NCBI GenBank assembly: GCA_013239625.1
Contig: MU054391.1
Span: forward strand, 9,271,095 to 9,335,094
Source: Lama guanicoe
Taxonomy: Eukaryota
Length of the DNA stretch: 64,000 bases
Direction: 5' to 3'
Shown here: in pieces, positions 36,254-48,210 of the stretch
How the letters are laid out: each line of letters begins with the position of its first letter
Numbering within the stretch: position 1 is the stretch's first letter
Notes under the pieces: generated by a model
What the model was told of the DNA's origin: nothing
Databases searched by the model: none
What the model saw: the letters and a program-made list of their open reading frames with translations, nothing else
Position numbers and translations under genes: made by a program

Positions 36254-37734
36254 AAATACAGTTTGAGAAAACACCATGTGTACTCCTTTAAAGCACAGCC
36301 AACAGGCTGCAGGAGCCATTCTACCAAGTCCCAAGGGGGGCGTCTTGCTGTTATACAAAGTGCCTCCTATTTCTCCAGGCAGCCGTGGGGGTGGATTATC
36401 TATTCATTCAACCAAAAAAAAGAAAACCTTCTAATCCTTCTCTAAATTGCATACAGTACGAGTGTTTCAGACACAGTATCTCATTTAATCCTCACCCCAG
36501 CTCTGAAAGCTCAGCACAAGTCTCTCCGTGGCACCACTGGCAAAACTGGGCTCCAAGCAGAAATGGACGAGCACCAGCTCACACGGCTAGTCACCAGCAG
36601 AGCTGGGGCTTGAACCCAGGTCTGGGTGGTTTTCAGAGATACGGGCTCACTTCCTATGGAGTTACTGAGTGAAACCTTGCCCTGTCTGGGAGGGTGCTTC
36701 CTCTAGCGGGGCATATAGCAGGTGGGTACAGACCTGCATGGCAGGCTGTAAGACGGAAGTAAGAAGGTGCGACTTGGAGGACAGGGTGGTGCGCCTGGCT
36801 GACGCTGGGTGGGGGAGGGAGGGGGCACCAAATCAGGGAAGATCTTCTCAGAAAGGTGACCCTTGGCCTAGGATTCCTACATGAACAAAAAGGAAAAGAA
36901 GAATATACTGCTCCTTTAATTACTGTCCCAGTGAAGATCCAGACACAATTGTGGAATGCAGTGTCTGAGTTGTCATTAACTGTATCGAGCAGGGAGAATT
37001 TTAGAAGCTTTATTTCTGTAGCACTTGAAGAAGTAGCTCCTCTTCTTCTTGCATAAGGTCCCTGAGGGTTTGGGGAAAGGAAATTTAGTTTTGATTGGTG
37101 TCTACTGGAGCCAGAGGGGCTCACCTTCGACCCAGCTAAGAGAAGATGTTCCACCTACGCTCCGCAGGTCACCATCCTGGTTCTAATTCTATTGCAGACT
37201 TAGATTTGTACCATTTTGCCTCCATCAGTGAGTTTGAATTTTATCCTCTAGATTGCCTACTGACAGTAAAGAGAGGATAGGAATTAGGTAGGAAAATACT
37301 TCCCATTTGACCATTGAGTTGAGCAGATGGGGCAGGGAGTGGTCCAGAAACGGCACAAACCATGCCACACTCTCCAGTCCCTTCCTGCCTTACAGCCACT
37401 TGGCACAACCAAAGCCCTGTTCTACTTGCTCCCTCCCGCTCCCACCATCACCAGCTTCCATGGACTTTGTGGTTGGGGCAATTTATCTGTTGGACGTCCC
37501 TTGGGACGTCTTGATGGATTTGTTTTCTCATTTCTAAATTATACCAGTAAAGCAAATCTGAGCTTGGGAGCAGCACGAAGTTCCAAGTGTTACGCACTCA
37601 GGGATCACATCAGCCCAATGGAAGGGGACTTTTAGCCTATCCAGGTCATTAAACCAGGGATTTACATTTTCCCCAAAGTCTTATGTTTATTTATTTAATA
37701 TAAGAACTCTGAAATCCTCATTAGACAGGAGTGA

Positions 37735-37965
37735 AGCTCCCTTTTATTGAACACTTCCTCTGTGATAGACATGAAAGTAAGTCTTGACATCGTCTCTTAA
37801 GCTTAATTCTCAGAGCTGCTCGAGGAGGTAGTTAGCATTAGTCTCATTTTACGGATGAAGTTAAGTCATTATGTAACTGACCTTGCGGTAGGTAGAGTTG
37901 CATACACGTGTTAAACTCCTCCCAGGGGTGCTTTTGAACCTAGATTGCCTGGCAATGAAACTTTT
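37735..37965 (-). mobile_element. MIR
   Basis: ttttattgaacacttcctctgtg...ttaattctcagag...ctcattttacggatgaag; another MIR lies at ~36460-36640. Confidence 0.65.
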
Positions 37966-38441
37966 GCATTTTTTAAAAATAATTTTGCTATCTGCCTCTG
38001 GTCCCCATACATCTTAGATGTCCAAGGAATCCAGATGGGAGGAAAATGTCTTCATTGCCTTGGTGGGAGAAGTGAAAACACGGATTAAACATTTTTTCCT
38101 CTCTGATCTTCTTTAACTCTCGATGTTAAGAGCCACCCCTCCTCACTTTCTTTGCCCCTCAGAAAGGACCCTGTCTCTGCCAGTCATCCCCACTGAGCCC
38201 AGCCCAGGGCATCCCCCCCCAACTTCCTGCCTTGTTCCAGGAACCTGACACCCCAACAGCAGCAGCATCTTAGCAGAGTTCCAGAATTCCTGTACGAAAA
38301 GCACATAAAGTGGTGCTCCCAGCCCCTGGTGCTCACAGAGTGGATGACAGCATGAAGTCAGCAGAGAGATTTGACCAGAGCCCTCCTCCAGGGCCTCCAT
38401 CTTTCTCATTTCTTCCTCTTTCAGATGACAGGTGTGGGAGG

Positions 38442-38819
38442 TGTCTTAGTCAGCACAGATGCTGTAACAAAAAATACCATAGACTGGGTGGCTTACAAAC
38501 AACAGAAATTCATTTCTCAGAGTTCTGGAGGCTGGAAGTTTGAGATCGGGGCGCCAGCGTGGTCAGGTTCTGTTGAGAACCCTCTCCCCAGTTGCAGACT
38601 GCTCACTTCTCACTGTGTCTTCACACGGCAGAGAGCGGAGGCCAGCTCTCTAGTGATGCTTATAAGGGCACTAATCCCACCATGGGGGCTTCAGCCACAT
38701 GACCTCATCTAATCTTAACAGTCACCTCACAAAGGGCCTACCATCTAATACCATCACATGGCAAGGCCAGGCTTCCAATACATAAATTTGGGGCGGACAC
38801 AAACATTCGGTCCATAACA
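38442..38819 (-). mobile_element. MaLR solo LTR (MLT1A-like)
   Basis: tgtcttagtc...aaataccatagactgggtggcttacaaacaacagaaatt...gacacaaacattcggtccataaca; 5-bp TSD ggagg/ggaag. Confidence 0.92.
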
Positions 38820-41800
38820 GGAAGACATGGATGTTTTTTCCCCTTCCTCTCCCTTTGCCTCTTTGGAAATTTAATCATGCAAACACTTGTTTTGCACCCA
38901 CTCAGTTCCAGGGCCTGAGCTAAGCAAGAGGAACCCAGAGATAATTCGGGGTCTGGTCAGAGAAAGCATATAAAAGAGAAAATCGAGGCTAATGGGATGA
39001 GAGCTGTAATGAAAGCCTGTATAAAATGCTCTGAGTACACAGAGGAGGAGCCGGTTCCTTCGACCTGCCAGGTCCGGGGCATTTCACATCCCACCCTGGT
39101 GTCCACGATGCCCATAATGCAAGCTGTTAAAGCAAGAAGCGATCTGGACAATTGTGTTTTAAGATAAGCTTTCAGGCAGTGAGCATTTTCAAGGTCAGAA
39201 ACACCCGGCACCCAGCAGAGAACTTGACAGAAAGTTCACCGATTCCAGTAATGCTAATGGAGTTCCCACGACATGCCAGGCTCTGGACACATAATGCGCA
39301 GCAGTGAAGTCCCTGCCCTGAGAGAGAAAAAAGTCAAGTAAACAGGATATTAAGCGCCAGGAGATGTGCACACTTAGAAGCGACTGGCCCTGTCTGGAGA
39401 GTGTCACCCGGCTGCCCAGATGCAATATTAAAGCTGTATCATGACGGAAAGATACCAGTTAACCAGAAAAAATGGGGCAAAAGTGGGAGGGAATGAGCAG
39501 AGAAGAATGTTCTGGGCAGAAGAAATGGCCTAGACAAATTCCTGGAGGCAGGAGAAAGGGTGTCTCAGTCAGTGGCTGGTGCTGGTTAGTGTGGCCGGAG
39601 CTGAGAGGTGAAGCCAGGACAATGGACGGGACACGTATTCAACTGAACTGCAGTGGCTGCAGTGAGAGCAAAAATCTGCAGGGAGAAAGCACAGAGGCAG
39701 GGAAGCCGTTTGGACCTGAGCAAGACGAATTTGATGGAGAGGAAAGATGAAAGTCAGGACTGCGGCAGTAAGAGCGGAGATGACTGAAGATGGGGTCGTC
39801 AGTAAGACACCAGCAGACACAGGGAAAGGATCCACGTTCATGTCAGTAAAGGATACAAGAACTACCTTAAGAACCTGGGACAGAGCAAGCCCCCAGCAGG
39901 AGTGCCCACATTGAACGGGAAAACTTCCCCCTTGGGCTTCCAGATCCCAACCATGGGATCTGCTAACGGTGGGACTACCTGATCCAGCTGAGAACGTCAC
40001 AGTCGCATGGAGTGGTGGGGGGACTGCACGCTTTAGACCACCCCCAGCTTTCCTACAGACTGTGGTGGCTATGCCACCCTCCTCTCCAGGTGCAGAGGAC
40101 CAGTGAGGACCTCTGTCCACTGAAGACCAGTCTCCCAGGGGCTCCATCCCCTGGCATGTCCAGGCTTTAGACTTGCCTAAAATTTAAGTTCTACAGGGAA
40201 TGGGGGAAGGGAGGGTCAGCACTAGAATGACTCCCAACATGGACTGTGCTGTGAGTAACTGAGATGGGAGGAGGAACAGGTTTTGTTGGAGATGGTGGCT
40301 GTCGGCAGAGGGAGGTGTAAAAGACAGAGGGATGAAAATTACCAAAAAGCAGATGCCTCAGAAGATACAACCACGGGAGGCAATGCTTCCTGGAAAGCAA
40401 TGCGGTGCCATGGATGGGACAGGCATGGACCAGTGCCTGGGTGCCAGGGGTGGAACACTAAGGCAGGATATTTTACCTTCCTGAAACTCAGAGCCCCAAG
40501 CAATAAAATGGGACCACAGTCCCTACTCATCCCTGCTCAGTTGGGGGGCCTGGGCACTAGGTTGTCTCTTGGGCCCTTCCAGTTCTAAAATTATATGAAT
40601 TGATGGATTGAATTTCACACCTTTCTTGGGGAAGTTTCTAATGCTTCTCCAATCCCACCTCTACCCAGCTTTCTAGCCATGCTCCTTGACCCTCTTCCGA
40701 AACCTCCTCTTCAGCCAGCCTGGCTGGGCTCCTCTCTTGATTCCGCACCAGGTCCATGTCTCCTCAGCCCCACTGGCTCCAGCCCTTAGCGCCGCCTGCT
40801 GACTCTGTCCCTCAACAGAACACAACGGAATACAACTCAGCCCTTGTACCTGTTCCATCTTCCCCACCAAGGAAGCCTTCCCGGCTCCCATTTATCGAGT
40901 GCCAGCTAAGTCCCAGAATCTCTGTTACTTCATTTGTTCCACACTACAAGCAGCCTGAAGCTCCGTGATAGTAGGGGGCATAGTGAGTTTACTTATCTGG
41001 TAAACAGCAGATATGAATCCAAACCCGAGTCGTGCTGGTTCTGGAGTCTCTGGTCGGTCTCCTCCAAACCGATCTAACCTGCCACAGCTGAGCCTATTCC
41101 ATACTCTCTAACAGGTCTTGGCACGCGATGAAGTTGCCTTGTCCTTGAACTTGCCACGTGTTTTAAACTTGTCACCGAGCCAGACTGTGAAGTCAGGAAC
41201 GGTACCTTCCACTTGATTCCTGTGGTTGCCCAAGAGTCACGTTTCATTGAAATTAATATTTTCTTTGCAGAGACAGAAGCCAGGGTGCGACAGTAGGAAA
41301 AAGTCCAGACCAAGAGCCGCAGCCCTGGGTTCTGCCCCCCTCCAACAGCCCACTTCCTCTGTGCCCTTGGGGGTCACTTCCACTCTCGGAGTTTTTGTTT
41401 TCCCATCTGTAAAGGACTGGATCTAATGATAGCTAACTTTCCTTTTGACATTTGATGCTAAATCAGTAGAACCTTTGAGAGCAAATGCTAGGGGCGTCAG
41501 AGCTGATCTGCTTACAGACAGGGAGGCTCCAAGGAACCGGCTGAGCAGTTTAACAGCAGAGGGAAGGAACCAAGGGGCCCAAGTGGCAATAATGGAGCAA
41601 ATTTATCATTCGATTCCTGAGATTTCTTTTCGAGGAGTGGAAAATGAGGGGCGGAGACCTGAAAGAGGAAAGACTCTTTTGGGAGCCATGGAACATGGAT
41701 ACCTGTTATAAATCTTCCACATTTAATTATTCTTAAAGGTAGGTATTAATTTAATAGTTTTATAGGGCTTGGCTTTTAGAAAGTACACAATTATGGAAAG

Positions 41801-42529
41801 GAGACTCAATGATACACAGAGAATGACTTTGAAATATAATCAAAGAAATACACAGGCTATACACCTTGCCCTTAAAAATGAAGACAAGGCCCCATATTAA
41901 GGAAATAATGGGGTCTTACTAAGTCAGAAAATATAGGGGCTCCATGATCACAGAAGACCAGAAGATCTAGAGCAGTAGAAACTGAAAAGTAAGCTCCAAA
42001 GTTTATAAAAGGGATCAGGAACGAAGGAAGACTGGGGGTGGCAGGGGCATGGAGGAAAGGTGAAGTGACATGAAAGAGGCTGAGTGGTCCAGGTTTAGGA
42101 TTTCAGCTTCATGTCTCAGGGTGATGGAAAAGAAAGGAACTGTGATGAACTCCCTGGGTACATATGGCAACGGACACAGCAGAAGGGCTCCAGGTACCTG
42201 CTCTGGTCCTTGCTCCACCACTATCTTTTGACTCTGTGACCTTGAACAAGTCAGTTCACCTTAAAGAAACTGCTTCTTCATCTGAAAAATGAGACATAAT
42301 ACCTATTTGCTCTAACTGAGGTTCACCGGCAGCAGGTAAGGTCTGTAATTACACTTGGAAACTAAGATGTGCTGTGGAAATCCACAGCATCTTACAACAG
42401 CAGAGAATCACCCTCTGGTGGCATCAGCTCAACAGTGTACCAGTCTGCACAGCACTTGCCCTGCTTGAGACCACGTGATCCTTTATTTGACCATTGCAAC
42501 CACCTTCCATTTTGCAATTTCAATCCATC

Positions 42530-42870
42530 AACCAGTGTGTGATCAAGTGTGATCAAATCTCTCTCCTTCTTACAACCCTTCCCACTGATTCTAGATTACA
42601 TTTCAAGCTTCTTAAGAGTGCATATGACCTTCATGACCTGTCTTCAACTTCCATCTCCAAACAATGCTAACCATTTACTGTCACAATCCCTGTACTGCTG
42701 CCAAGTTGAGCTACTTGGAATTCCCTCAAGACACTTAATCTCCCATGATTCCAAGCTGCAGTCCATGCTCCTTCCTGTCCCTGGAGTGGCTTTCCCATCT
42801 GACATGTTCCACTTACCCTTCAGGACCAGATTCAAATACAATCTTCCCGGAGAATCTTTCTCCAGTTCCC
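42530..42870 (+). mobile_element. L2 fragment
   Basis: caacccttcccactgattc...atgaccttcatgacctgtc...ccttcaggaccagattcaaat. Confidence 0.6.
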
Positions 42871-43454
42871 CCAGGCTGTTAATATTTCTGTTACCTTAGA
42901 TTTTTACCCAAACATTTATTTGCTCACACTAGAATTTCTATCATTTCCCTTGGGAGGAAAACTGTGTTCCCTAAACTGCTTCTTGAGTTTGATTCTCTAC
43001 TGTTTCTTTGTAGCCCTGAAAATTCTACCTTATTGACAGCTCCCAGGTCAGTCCTTTGGAAATAATGTTCTCTTTTATTTTACACTATTTGCTAAGACTA
43101 AGTGAACTTGGGGGGAAATGAATATAATTTTTAGGTCATTATCTGCCACGTTACATTTACATCTCTGTAAATATAAGAGATTTGTGGGGAGAAGAATTCA
43201 CTGGCTTTTTTTTTTCTGGAGAGTCAATATCTGATTGCAAATTCCCTTCTGTGCCCTCGTGGTGCTCTATGCACACAGCTCTAGCCAAGACTTCATCCCA
43301 GTGCTTTCTCATTGCTACCCACTTCTCAGCCTCCCAGAGGAGGTCCAAATGCCTGACAGCCTGTGGCAACGCATCTATCTCCATATTGTCCAGCAGACAG
43401 CACAGTTTACAAGACGTGGTTGGTATTCAATTTAGAAATGTTCATTGTATGAAT

Positions 43455-43670
43455 TATAGTAGCCAACATTTAGAGAGCGCTGCCTGTATGCCAGGCAGTG
43501 TCCTAAACACCTTCTGTATATTAACTGATTTAATTCTCAAAATGACCTGATGAGATAAACATTACCCCCATTTTAAAGATGAGAAAACTGAGGCACAGAG
43601 TATGTGTAAGAGCCTGATTTAGAAATCCAGCACACTGGCAAGACAGTCATACCTCCACCACTGCACTCCA
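43455..43670 (-). mobile_element. MIR
   Basis: aacatttagagagcgctgcctgtatgccaggcagtgtcctaa...cccattttaaagatgagaaaactgaggcacagag. Confidence 0.85.
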
Positions 43671-44649
43671 CTGCCACAACACTATCATGTTGAATAGATA
43701 AACCATTTTTGAGTCCCATTCTATTGGAGCTCTTTAGCCTTTTACCAGTTTTGAGAAAGAAAGAAGACAGGTTGGTCTAAATGCTGAGTTGTTTCATTCA
43801 GTCAGTACTCACTACAGGATCACTTTGTGACAAATATCTGTCCTGATTTTTGGTGGATCCAAGATGAGTTAACATTGTTTCTGAAAAAAATGAAAAAAAA
43901 TCTGGCCTTCCTTCAAATCCATCACCAAAATAACTTTCCTGATCGTATTGCCTGTGTTTGAGGTTGACAGAAGTTATCATCCAGAGGCCAACCTCCCAAA
44001 ACCAGCAGGTCATCTCCACGGCAGCAACTTCAAGAAGACACCTCAAGACCCACAGAAGGAGGCCATCAACAAGATGGAGAAAACGCGATTCTCCCAAAGG
44101 TTGGTTCAGAATTCCTCTTAGGAAGACACTTTTTGTTGGAAGAGGTGAGTCCTTGTGGTATGAGTATCAGTTGCCCTCATTGTTTTCATAAAGGAAGGCT
44201 GCAGAGGGGAGTAAACACTTGCTGCTTTCCAGAAAGCCATCTTGGAGGAATGGGGATGAGGAGGGAAGAGGGGAGGGGAGAGAAGGGAACTAGGATAATG
44301 ACAAAAGTTAGGACTTAGTTCTTACAACAGCCCTCTGATGTACGCACTATCATTATCCCCATTTTGCAATTGAGGAAACTAAACAGTTAAGTTAGCAGAA
44401 GTATGTGCGATTTCCTTTCCCTTCGAATTCCTCAATTTTCCCAAAATTTCCCCCAAATCTTTCAAAATTATAGGTGAGACTGAATCTGGATATTTTTGTT
44501 GAACGTGAGCATCGGTAAGTTTCATGCAGAGTGAGGAGGCGGCTGCAGCATATGTAGATGCAAGTCTGTTTGGGACATGGGAGAACGGGGGTGAAACATG
44601 CATGATGACTACGAGAACAGTCACCGCCACGCAGCGCTACTACATAATT

Positions 44650-44932
44650 TCACTTGTATGTGAAACCTAACAACATACAACAAACTAGTGAATGTAACAA
44701 AAAAAAAGCAGCAGACTCACAGATGTAGAGAACAAACCAGTGGCTACCAGTCAGGGGGAGGAGCAACATAGGGGTGGGAGAGTGGTAGGTACAAACTACT
44801 GGGTATAAGTTAAGCTCAGCGATGTGTTGTACGACATGGGGAATATAACCAATATTTTGTAATAATTGTAAATGAAAAGTAACCTTTAAATTGTATACAA
44901 AATACATAATTTAAAAAAATAATAAAAATAAA
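44650..44932 (+). mobile_element. L1 3' end with A-rich tail
   Basis: gcagactcacagatgtagagaacaaaccagtggctaccagt...gggaatataaccaatattttgtaataa...aaaaaaataataaaaataaa. Confidence 0.85.
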
Positions 44933-44974
44933 TTAATCATTGATTAAGTCAAAATGAAAATGTAAACCAGGGGG

Positions 44975-45311
44975 ACAAAAAGGGTCCCTACGTGACCAGC
45001 CCCAATTAAAACCTTGGGCACTGAATCTCTAATGAGCTTCCCTGTTGATAATATTTCACATACGTTGTCAAAACTCACTGATGAAAGAGTTAAGTAAGCC
45101 CAATGTGATTCCACTGAGAAAGAACTCCTGGAAGCTTGGGCCCAGTTTCCTCTGGACTTGACCACATATACTTTTTTCCCCTTTTGCTGATTTTGCTTTG
45201 AATGCTTTCACTGTAACAAATCCCACGTGTGACTATGACAACATGCTGAGTCCTGTGAGTCTTGCTAGTGAATTACTGAACTTGGGGGTTGTCTTGGTGA
45301 CCTTGGACACA
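44975..45311 (+). mobile_element. MER21-like LTR, 3' half
   Basis: cctacgtgaccagccccaattaaaaccttgggcactgaatctctaatgagcttccctg...atgctgagtcctgtgagtcttgctagtgaatt...gaccc..gacaca. Confidence 0.85.
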
Positions 45312-45789
45312 GTAGGGTAATAAAAAGCCTTTAAGCATAAAATATATTACATGAGGACAGCATCCTATGAGAGAAATGGAATGGAAAGGTGAATTCAAAG
45401 AGCAAGAGGAGCAAGGTAAAATTTTCAACTGTTGGAGAAAACCTTGCTCACTGTTTTTAAAATGGAGGATTCTGGGTACCAACTGCTATGACATTTAGAA
45501 TGCATTTGATACATTTAAAAGAGTATAAAATGTTTATTTTTAAATATCAGTATTTATAAGTTAGTGAAAATTTTAATTTATAGAAAATTTAGAAATATGT
45601 GAAGGAATACACAGATTTATTATAAAAATTTAGAGAACTAAATAAAATTTAAGACTAGGATAATTACTATAAATGAGAGGTTCTTGCTCCTACAGAGGAT
45701 TACACATCCTTTACAAAATCTGATAGAAGCTGTGGAAGCTCTCACAAGAGAAAAACGCACATATGAATATGCCTACAAAATTTCGTATA

Positions 45790-48210
45790 TGGGGACTTCT
45801 GCTTCCAGTCAAATTGGAATAATAGGGACTAGATTTACCCTAATAATTAAAACAACAGAAAAAGACAAAATACATAACATAACAGTCTTGAGACACTGGA
45901 TATTAGGAAACAAAGGACAGTGGACCATGAGAGACAGGAGATAAATGAGGTGAGCCCTATGATTGCCCCAGGTTGGCACTTTGAGAAAGTTTCTAGGTGT
46001 AGTACAGAAAGGGACAACCCAGGCAGAGCCTCACTGACTCTTTGAGTTCAGGAGATGGAGCTGAGAATCCAGGTAGACCTGAGGAGCTGGCTTTCACAGA
46101 ACAGAATTCCAGACAGGACAGAACTGCATAATAACACCTGGAAATCTGCAGAAGTCTTTTTCAAGAATTCAGCAGATCAGCACATCTGTATGAGGAAACT
46201 GCCTGAAGGAATGAACCATCAGAAAGGACAGAGGAAACAGCATTAAGTGCTCACAAAGGACAACAACAATGCTCATTCTCACCAGCCAGATTGGAACACC
46301 TCCTAATTCATGGAACATTGGGAAGAACACTCATAAGGGTCTTGACTCAGTATTGGAGAATAATTAGTGCTAGACTAACCACTGCTCTGTCCTACCAACA
46401 AATCTTAAAAGTAAGACCCGAAAGGAGTCCACTCTTATCAAGTAACTTAGGTGATTCCTACGGTAAAAATCAAGAATATTTATAAGTATACGATATCCAA
46501 CACCTAGCAAGGTAAAATTATGATGGCTGGCATCCAAAAACTACCAGGCATGCAAAGAAGCAGGAAAACAAGACCCATAAGATTAAACTGACCAGTGAAT
46601 TGAAACTTTCCATAACTGACACATGCTAGAATTTGCAGACAAAGACATTAGAGTAATTATTATCATCACTATATTCCATATGTCCAAAACGTTAGAGACA
46701 GGAATAATATTAATGATATTCAAATCAAAGTTCTAGAAATTAAAACTGTATGAGATTTTTTCAATGCACTGGATGGGCTTAACAGCATGTTGGACGTTAT
46801 GGAAGAAACTGCAATGACATAGCAACCGTAACTATTCAAAATGAAACAGGAAAAAGGGGATCAATTCATCAAGAGTACTTAACAATCCTAAATATTTGTG
46901 TACTTGATAACAGAGACTCAAAATACATGAAGGAAAATTTTATAGAACTGCAAGGACAAATAGGCAAATCCACATGTGGATTGTCTAAAAAAACACAGTT
47001 AGCTATTTTAATACTCATATATTAATAATTGATTAAAAACAGAGAATCAGGAAAAACATAAATGACTTGAAGAGTAACTCCAAACAACTTGACCTAATTA
47101 GCATTTATGGAACATGCTACCCAACCATAGTGCAACACACATATTTTCCAAGTGCACATGAAACATCGACCAGGAAAGACCACAATCTGAGCAATAAGAC
47201 AAATTTCAACAAAGTTTAAAAGATTCAAGTCATACAAAGGATGTCCTCATAACAAATGGATTCAAATGAGAAATCAAAAGCTAAAAGATGGCTCTGAAAG
47301 TCACCAAATATTTGGAAACTAAGCAACATATTCGTAAATACCCTATGCATAAAGTAATAAATCAAAAGGATAATTTTAAAGTATTTTGAAGGGAATAAAA
47401 ATAGAAACACAAAGTATCCAAATGTATGCTATGTATGTACAGTATGCAGATAAAGCAGTACTTCAGGGAAAATTTATAGCACTAAACATCTACATGAGGA
47501 AAGAATAAGGTCTGAAATCAGTGACCTCCATTTCTACCTTACAAACCTAAAAAACAAGCAAATTAAATACAAACAAATTGGGGAAAGGAAATGATAACAA
47601 TCAGAATGATATCAATGAAACTGAAAACAGACAAACAATAGAGCCAATCAATGTAACCAAAATCTAGTCCCTTAAGAAGACTAATAAAATTGACACCCTA
47701 ATCCAGACTAGTAAATTAAGGGGAAAAAAAGATAGAAATTACCAATATAAATAATCACTATCAGTTCTATAGATATTAGAAGTTTAGTAGGTAAAAATAA
47801 ATAATGTTAAAATAATTATATGCCAATAAATTCAACAATTAAGATGAAACAGACAAAGTCCTCGAAGACACAAACAACCTAGGGTCAGGGGAGTAGCTAC
47901 TGAAAAGGGACTACTTCATGGGTAGAGGGTTTCTTTGCAGGATAAGAAAAATGTTCCAAATTTCAGGGTGGTGAAAGAAAAAACCTGTGAATATACTAAA
48001 ACCATTGAGTTGTATACTTTACATGGCTGACCTGTGTAGTATGTAAATTATAGCTCAATAAAATAAAGCTCTTTTAAAAAATAAAAAGCAATTCAGTGGA
48101 GAAAGGATAGTCTTATCAACAAATGGTGCTGGGAAAGTTAGACATCCATTAGCTAAAAGATGGCATTCCATCTATGCCTCTTTGTACCATATACAAAAAT
48201 TAACTCAAAA
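45790..48210 (+). mobile_element. Fragmented old L1 (L1MD/L1MC-like 5'UTR, ORF1/ORF2 pieces, 3' end)
   Basis: gacttctgcttcc 5'UTR start; A-rich ORF2 remnants (aacaacttgacctaatt...ccaagtgcacatg; gggaaaatttatagcactaaa); 3'UTR ctgtgaatatactaaaaccattgagttgta; aacaaatggtgctggg...ccatatacaaaaattaactcaaaa. Confidence 0.8.

Noticed and set aside
36654..37154. 166-aa ORF; another frame gave LMQEEEELLL.../ILPAR.../SGSSL, faintly like PAIP2
   Set aside because: Motif spacing does not match, there are multiple stops, and there is no poly(A) or TSD; likely chance.
39569..40147. 192-aa minus-strand ORF
   Set aside because: No recognisable domain, overlaps decayed L2/LTR-like sequence, and GC-rich composition explains the open frame.
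42363..42423. Small hairpin taagatgtgctgtgga-aa-tccacagcatctta and nearby CTCF-like TGCCACCAGAGGGTG (minus strand); similar CTCF-like site at 49769-49786
   Set aside because: The hairpin is too short for a pre-miRNA, and the imperfect CTCF matches are expected by chance in 64 kb.
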